IMG/VR virus record: IMGVR_UViG_3300017788_000995 | Coordinates: 1 to 60,283 of that record | Strand: one strand, 5' to 3' | Length of the DNA: 60,283 nt | From: a virus | Lineage: Duplodnaviria > Caudoviricetes | Shown: positions 57,400 through 60,283 of the stretch, piece by piece | Layout of the letters: every line of letters starts with the position of its first letter | How positions within the stretch are numbered: position 1 is the first letter of the stretch | Translations under genes and position numbers: made by a program | The notes under the pieces: generated by a model | The model's input: the letters and a program-made list of their open reading frames with translations, nothing else | What the model was told of the DNA's origin: nothing | The model's database searches: none

Positions 57400-58322
57400 T
57401 ATGATTTCATTCTTTGCTGTACTTCAGTTTCACTAAGTCTGCGTCCAACCACCCAAAAGCAAGTACTCTTGTTTATGTCAAGGTTCTCGCGCATCCACTT
57501 GTGTGCCTTTGCTTCGTACAGATCGTCAAGGATTGTACCATCTGCTATCTTTTCCACAAGAGGTTTTCCGTACACAGTATTTAGACAATGTAGATCATAT
57601 TCTGGCAGCGGATATCCTGCCATTGGATTTACCCACTTGTTGATGTTCTCCGTTCGCTTTGGGCCAACACACAATCCGATCACTTTGCCCACGCTGATCT
57701 TATACCGATGTATACCTCGGAGAATGGCAGCAAAGTGAACTCCGCTTCCCACAGGAACAACCAATTGATCCAACTGGTTCGGTAGGTTGCCCACTTGACG
57801 CTCAATGCCATCAATGATTGCGTCTTCTCTGTTTTCAATGTTATGGGTAAAGACTGCATCGTACAGTTTTTCAGTCTTAGCGATCTCTCGCATTCTAGCA
57901 AGCACAGGACCGTGCATTCCTGTTCCACACACATTGCGAACATCTGCACCCAGCCACTTTGCGTATCGCATCATGTGGTGGTTGTCGATGGTTTCTGGCG
58001 AACTACCACCAATGCAAATCACGCAAGGAATATTCAAATCCTTACACACTCTGGCGATAATCGCTCCCGTTGTAGAATGAACCTGTGTGTGAGTCACTAC
58101 CCCATTGCTGTGTTCTTTGAGAACATTTCTTAGAGGATACAGCAAGCGAATGGCTTGTCTTACTTTGCCTCCGCTCACATCTTCAACCCCGTAGGGAGTG
58201 TACATATCATCACGCTTGTACCATATCCCCTTGATAAACTGCACGGGAGTGCGCGTCAGAACATGGGCAGGAAATGCTTTAGAAAAGTCATATTCCTGTT
58301 GCATATCAACCTGTTCTTTCAT
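57399..58322 (-). CDS. Fold-type II PLP-dependent enzyme (ACC deaminase/D-cysteine desulfhydrase-like)
   Basis: TPV...KRDD...GGKVR (PLP lysine), GA.V, VPVGSG (phosphate loop), LD.LYE.KA. Confidence 0.8.
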   Translation of the reverse strand: MKEQVDMQQEYDFSKAFPAHVLTRTPVQFIKGIWYKRDDMYTPYGVEDVSGGKVRQAIRLLYPLRNVLKEHSNGVVTHTQVHSTTGAIIARVCKDLNIPCVICIGGSSPETIDNHHMMRYAKWLGADVRNVCGTGMHGPVLARMREIAKTEKLYDAVFTHNIENREDAIIDGIERQVGNLPNQLDQLVVPVGSGVHFAAILRGIHRYKISVGKVIGLCVGPKRTENINKWVNPMAGYPLPEYDLHCLNTVYGKPLVEKIADGTILDDLYEAKAHKWMRENLDINKSTCFWVVGRRLSETEVQQRMKS

Positions 58323-58984
58323 AGTGGTAGTGTAGTCTTAGAGTGATTGAATTTTGGATCATAGAACTTCTCTTCCAGTTCGCATCCCCACCATCTGCGT
58401 CCAGTAGTGTTGGCAGCAAGCAGAACTGGGGCAACTCCTGCAAACGGATCGACAACCAAATCACCTGGCTCAGTAAGATTCTCAATCACATACTTGCAGA
58501 AGTTCTGCGACCACACAGACTGATTTAGTACCTTTTCCTGCTGATCCACATAGATGTCGCGCAGCCACTCTCCCTTGCGATGGATGACACCTTGACTTGT
58601 ATACACAAGCATATGTTGGAATGTGAAGTAGTACATATCACGCTTGCCTACTTCGTTTCTTACCACAATCTTGTAGTCTTTCAGGCGCAGTCCTTCGTTC
58701 TCTAGGCATTGCGCGTACCACATATGGTTGGACAGAATGAAACCGTTCACCCTACGATCAGTCTGACACACCACAACAAAGCCAGTAGGTTTCACAATAC
58801 GAGCAAACTCTCGCATTGCCTTCTGTTGAAATTGCCGATACGAGTCAGTTTCATCTTTACCAAACGGGGTCTGAGACAGGTCTGGGCAAGAAGTGAATAC
58901 TAGGTCTACGGATTCTGATGGAATGTTAGGCATATAATCAAATGCATCTCCCAACACATACGAGTTCTCTTGAAACTTTGTCAT
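58319..58984 (-). CDS. Small beta-class MTase-fold protein with an atypical catalytic motif
   Basis: SVDLVFTSCPD in place of TSPPY; GD.VVDPFAG...GRRW.GCE SAM-binding end. Confidence 0.75.
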   Translation of the reverse strand: MTKFQENSYVLGDAFDYMPNIPSESVDLVFTSCPDLSQTPFGKDETDSYRQFQQKAMREFARIVKPTGFVVVCQTDRRVNGFILSNHMWYAQCLENEGLRLKDYKIVVRNEVGKRDMYYFTFQHMLVYTSQGVIHRKGEWLRDIYVDQQEKVLNQSVWSQNFCKYVIENLTEPGDLVVDPFAGVAPVLLAANTTGRRWWGCELEEKFYDPKFNHSKTTLPL

Positions 58985-60283
58985 GGTGTAATCCTACTGA
59001 AGTTGTTCTTCTTCTCAAACGACATGGTGTGTTCAAACTTGTCTACCAACTGATCTGCCTTGTGAGAGATCACAAACACATTTGCGGTGATACCAAAAGA
59101 GTGGAGAATTTTCATAAACTCTTCGGTTCCTGCGGTGTCGAGCGATGAATCAAACACCTCGTCCAAAATGAGCAGATTAGTATTTGCGCTGTTCTTGATT
59201 CGTGCAATCTCACGCCACGCGAGAAGCAAAGCCAAATCAATACGCATCTTTTCACCCTCGCTGAAACTCATGTACGAGAAAGTGTCACGGTGTCTGCTCT
59301 TGATGGTTTCGTTGAACTCTTCATCAAGCGTAAAGTTGGCAAAGAAATCCATCGTGTTCAGATACTTATTGATGGTCTTGTTGATGATGGGTAGATAGTA
59401 GCGAATGATCTTTGCCTTGATACCGCTATCCTTCAATAGAGTTGCCGCTACGCTATAGTAGTGCATCTCTTCCACCAGGCTATTCTTGGAAGACTCGTTC
59501 TTGTTCAAGTCTCCCTCGAAATCCACCAATCTCTTCTGATGATCTGTGTCTTCAGTTTCCTTGCCCTGAATAGTCGTATTCTCTCTGCTGAGTTTACCGA
59601 TATACGAATTGCACGCCGTAATGGTGCTGTTCGCCTCCATCGTCTGTGTATTCAGAGATTCTAGTTCAGCAGATACCTCTTCATACTCTTCAATCTGAGT
59701 TCGCTTGGTTTCAATTTCGGTAACAATGGCACCGACTGCTTCGTTCAGTTCACCCTGCTTGCTTTTCTTCTTGCATAGTAACCCGTGAATAGGCTGACTA
59801 GCCTTGTCAATAGGTTGATAGCAGGTGGGACATACCTCATTGTCGTCAAAGAATGACAACTCTTCACCTACCTTTTTGCGATTGGACTCTAGTTGCTTAT
59901 GAAAGGTTTCTAGTTTAGTGATCTGCTTTAGCAAAGCAACCTTTCCTTGTAACTTGACCTTTACTTTCTGAATCTGCTCATTCAGGACAATCAGTTCTTC
60001 CTGCTTATCTTCAATCAACGATTCAGAGCGGGCGATCTCTTTCAGGTTTCCCTGTACCTGTTCATCACTTTTGCTCTTTAGTCCTACAATCAAGTCTTTC
60101 TGAGCGCGGATAGATTCTCGCAGAATAGCGATCTTGCGTTCGTTGTCTGCAATCTCTTCCTTGAGAGTAGACATCTTTGCCTTGAGAATGGTGTTCATGG
60201 TAGAGAACACATTGATATCAAGGATATCTTCGATCACAGCACGGCGATCTGAGGCAGGCAACTGCATGAATGGAACAAACGAA
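58981..60283 (-). CDS. gp46: Recombination endonuclease subunit (Rad50/SbcC-like), 5'-truncated by the window end
   Basis: FMQL....RR.VIED.LDI, CPTC zinc hook, FSEGEK.RIDLA signature, LILDE.FD, ISH. Confidence 0.95.
   Translation of the reverse strand, partial: SFVPFMQLPASDRRAVIEDILDINVFSTMNTILKAKMSTLKEEIADNERKIAILRESIRAQKDLIVGLKSKSDEQVQGNLKEIARSESLIEDKQEELIVLNEQIQKVKVKLQGKVALLKQITKLETFHKQLESNRKKVGEELSFFDDNEVCPTCYQPIDKASQPIHGLLCKKKSKQGELNEAVGAIVTEIETKRTQIEEYEEVSAELESLNTQTMEANSTITACNSYIGKLSRENTTIQGKETEDTDHQKRLVDFEGDLNKNESSKNSLVEEMHYYSVAATLLKDSGIKAKIIRYYLPIINKTINKYLNTMDFFANFTLDEEFNETIKSRHRDTFSYMSFSEGEKMRIDLALLLAWREIARIKNSANTNLLILDEVFDSSLDTAGTEEFMKILHSFGITANVFVISHKADQLVDKFEHTMSFEKKNNFSRITP

Noticed and set aside
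1-60283. Stop-codon reassignment
   Set aside because: Core genes are full length under the standard code, and all three stops terminate genes.

Overview
A 60-kb segment of a large T4-like myophage genome, mostly on the minus strand. From the right end it carries the T4-type replication and recombination core (gp46, rnh, gp45/44/62, regA, dUTPase, gp43, uvsX, gp41, gp61, thyX, class II RNR, gp33/59/32, RuvC-like). Next is a baseplate/tail block (gp27-like, gp53, gp48, gp4, gp2, gp54, gp26, gp51, tape measure/hub). At the left is a cluster of probable head-internal proteins. The notable accessory elements are: (1) a translationally coupled four-gene cassette of an atypical MTase-fold protein, a fold-type II PLP enzyme, a large MTase and a catalytically degenerate glutamine synthetase, a candidate new DNA-modification pathway; (2) enzymes with T4-like capsid-targeting N-termini (ADP-ribosyltransferase, PD-(D/E)xK nuclease-like, HNH, ParB-like) beside a modular polyprotein; (3) tandem DNA MTases with shared anchor repeats and sliding-clamp-like tails; (4) about eight glycosyltransferase-like genes, including GT60, GT25, GT10 and GT11; (5) a structured ncRNA candidate between a TATAAATA box and a terminator; (6) two recurring promoter motifs, TTGAyT-N16-TAtAcT and TACATA. 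All calls come from motif recognition and gene order by eye, with no database search. No tRNA or CRISPR array was seen.
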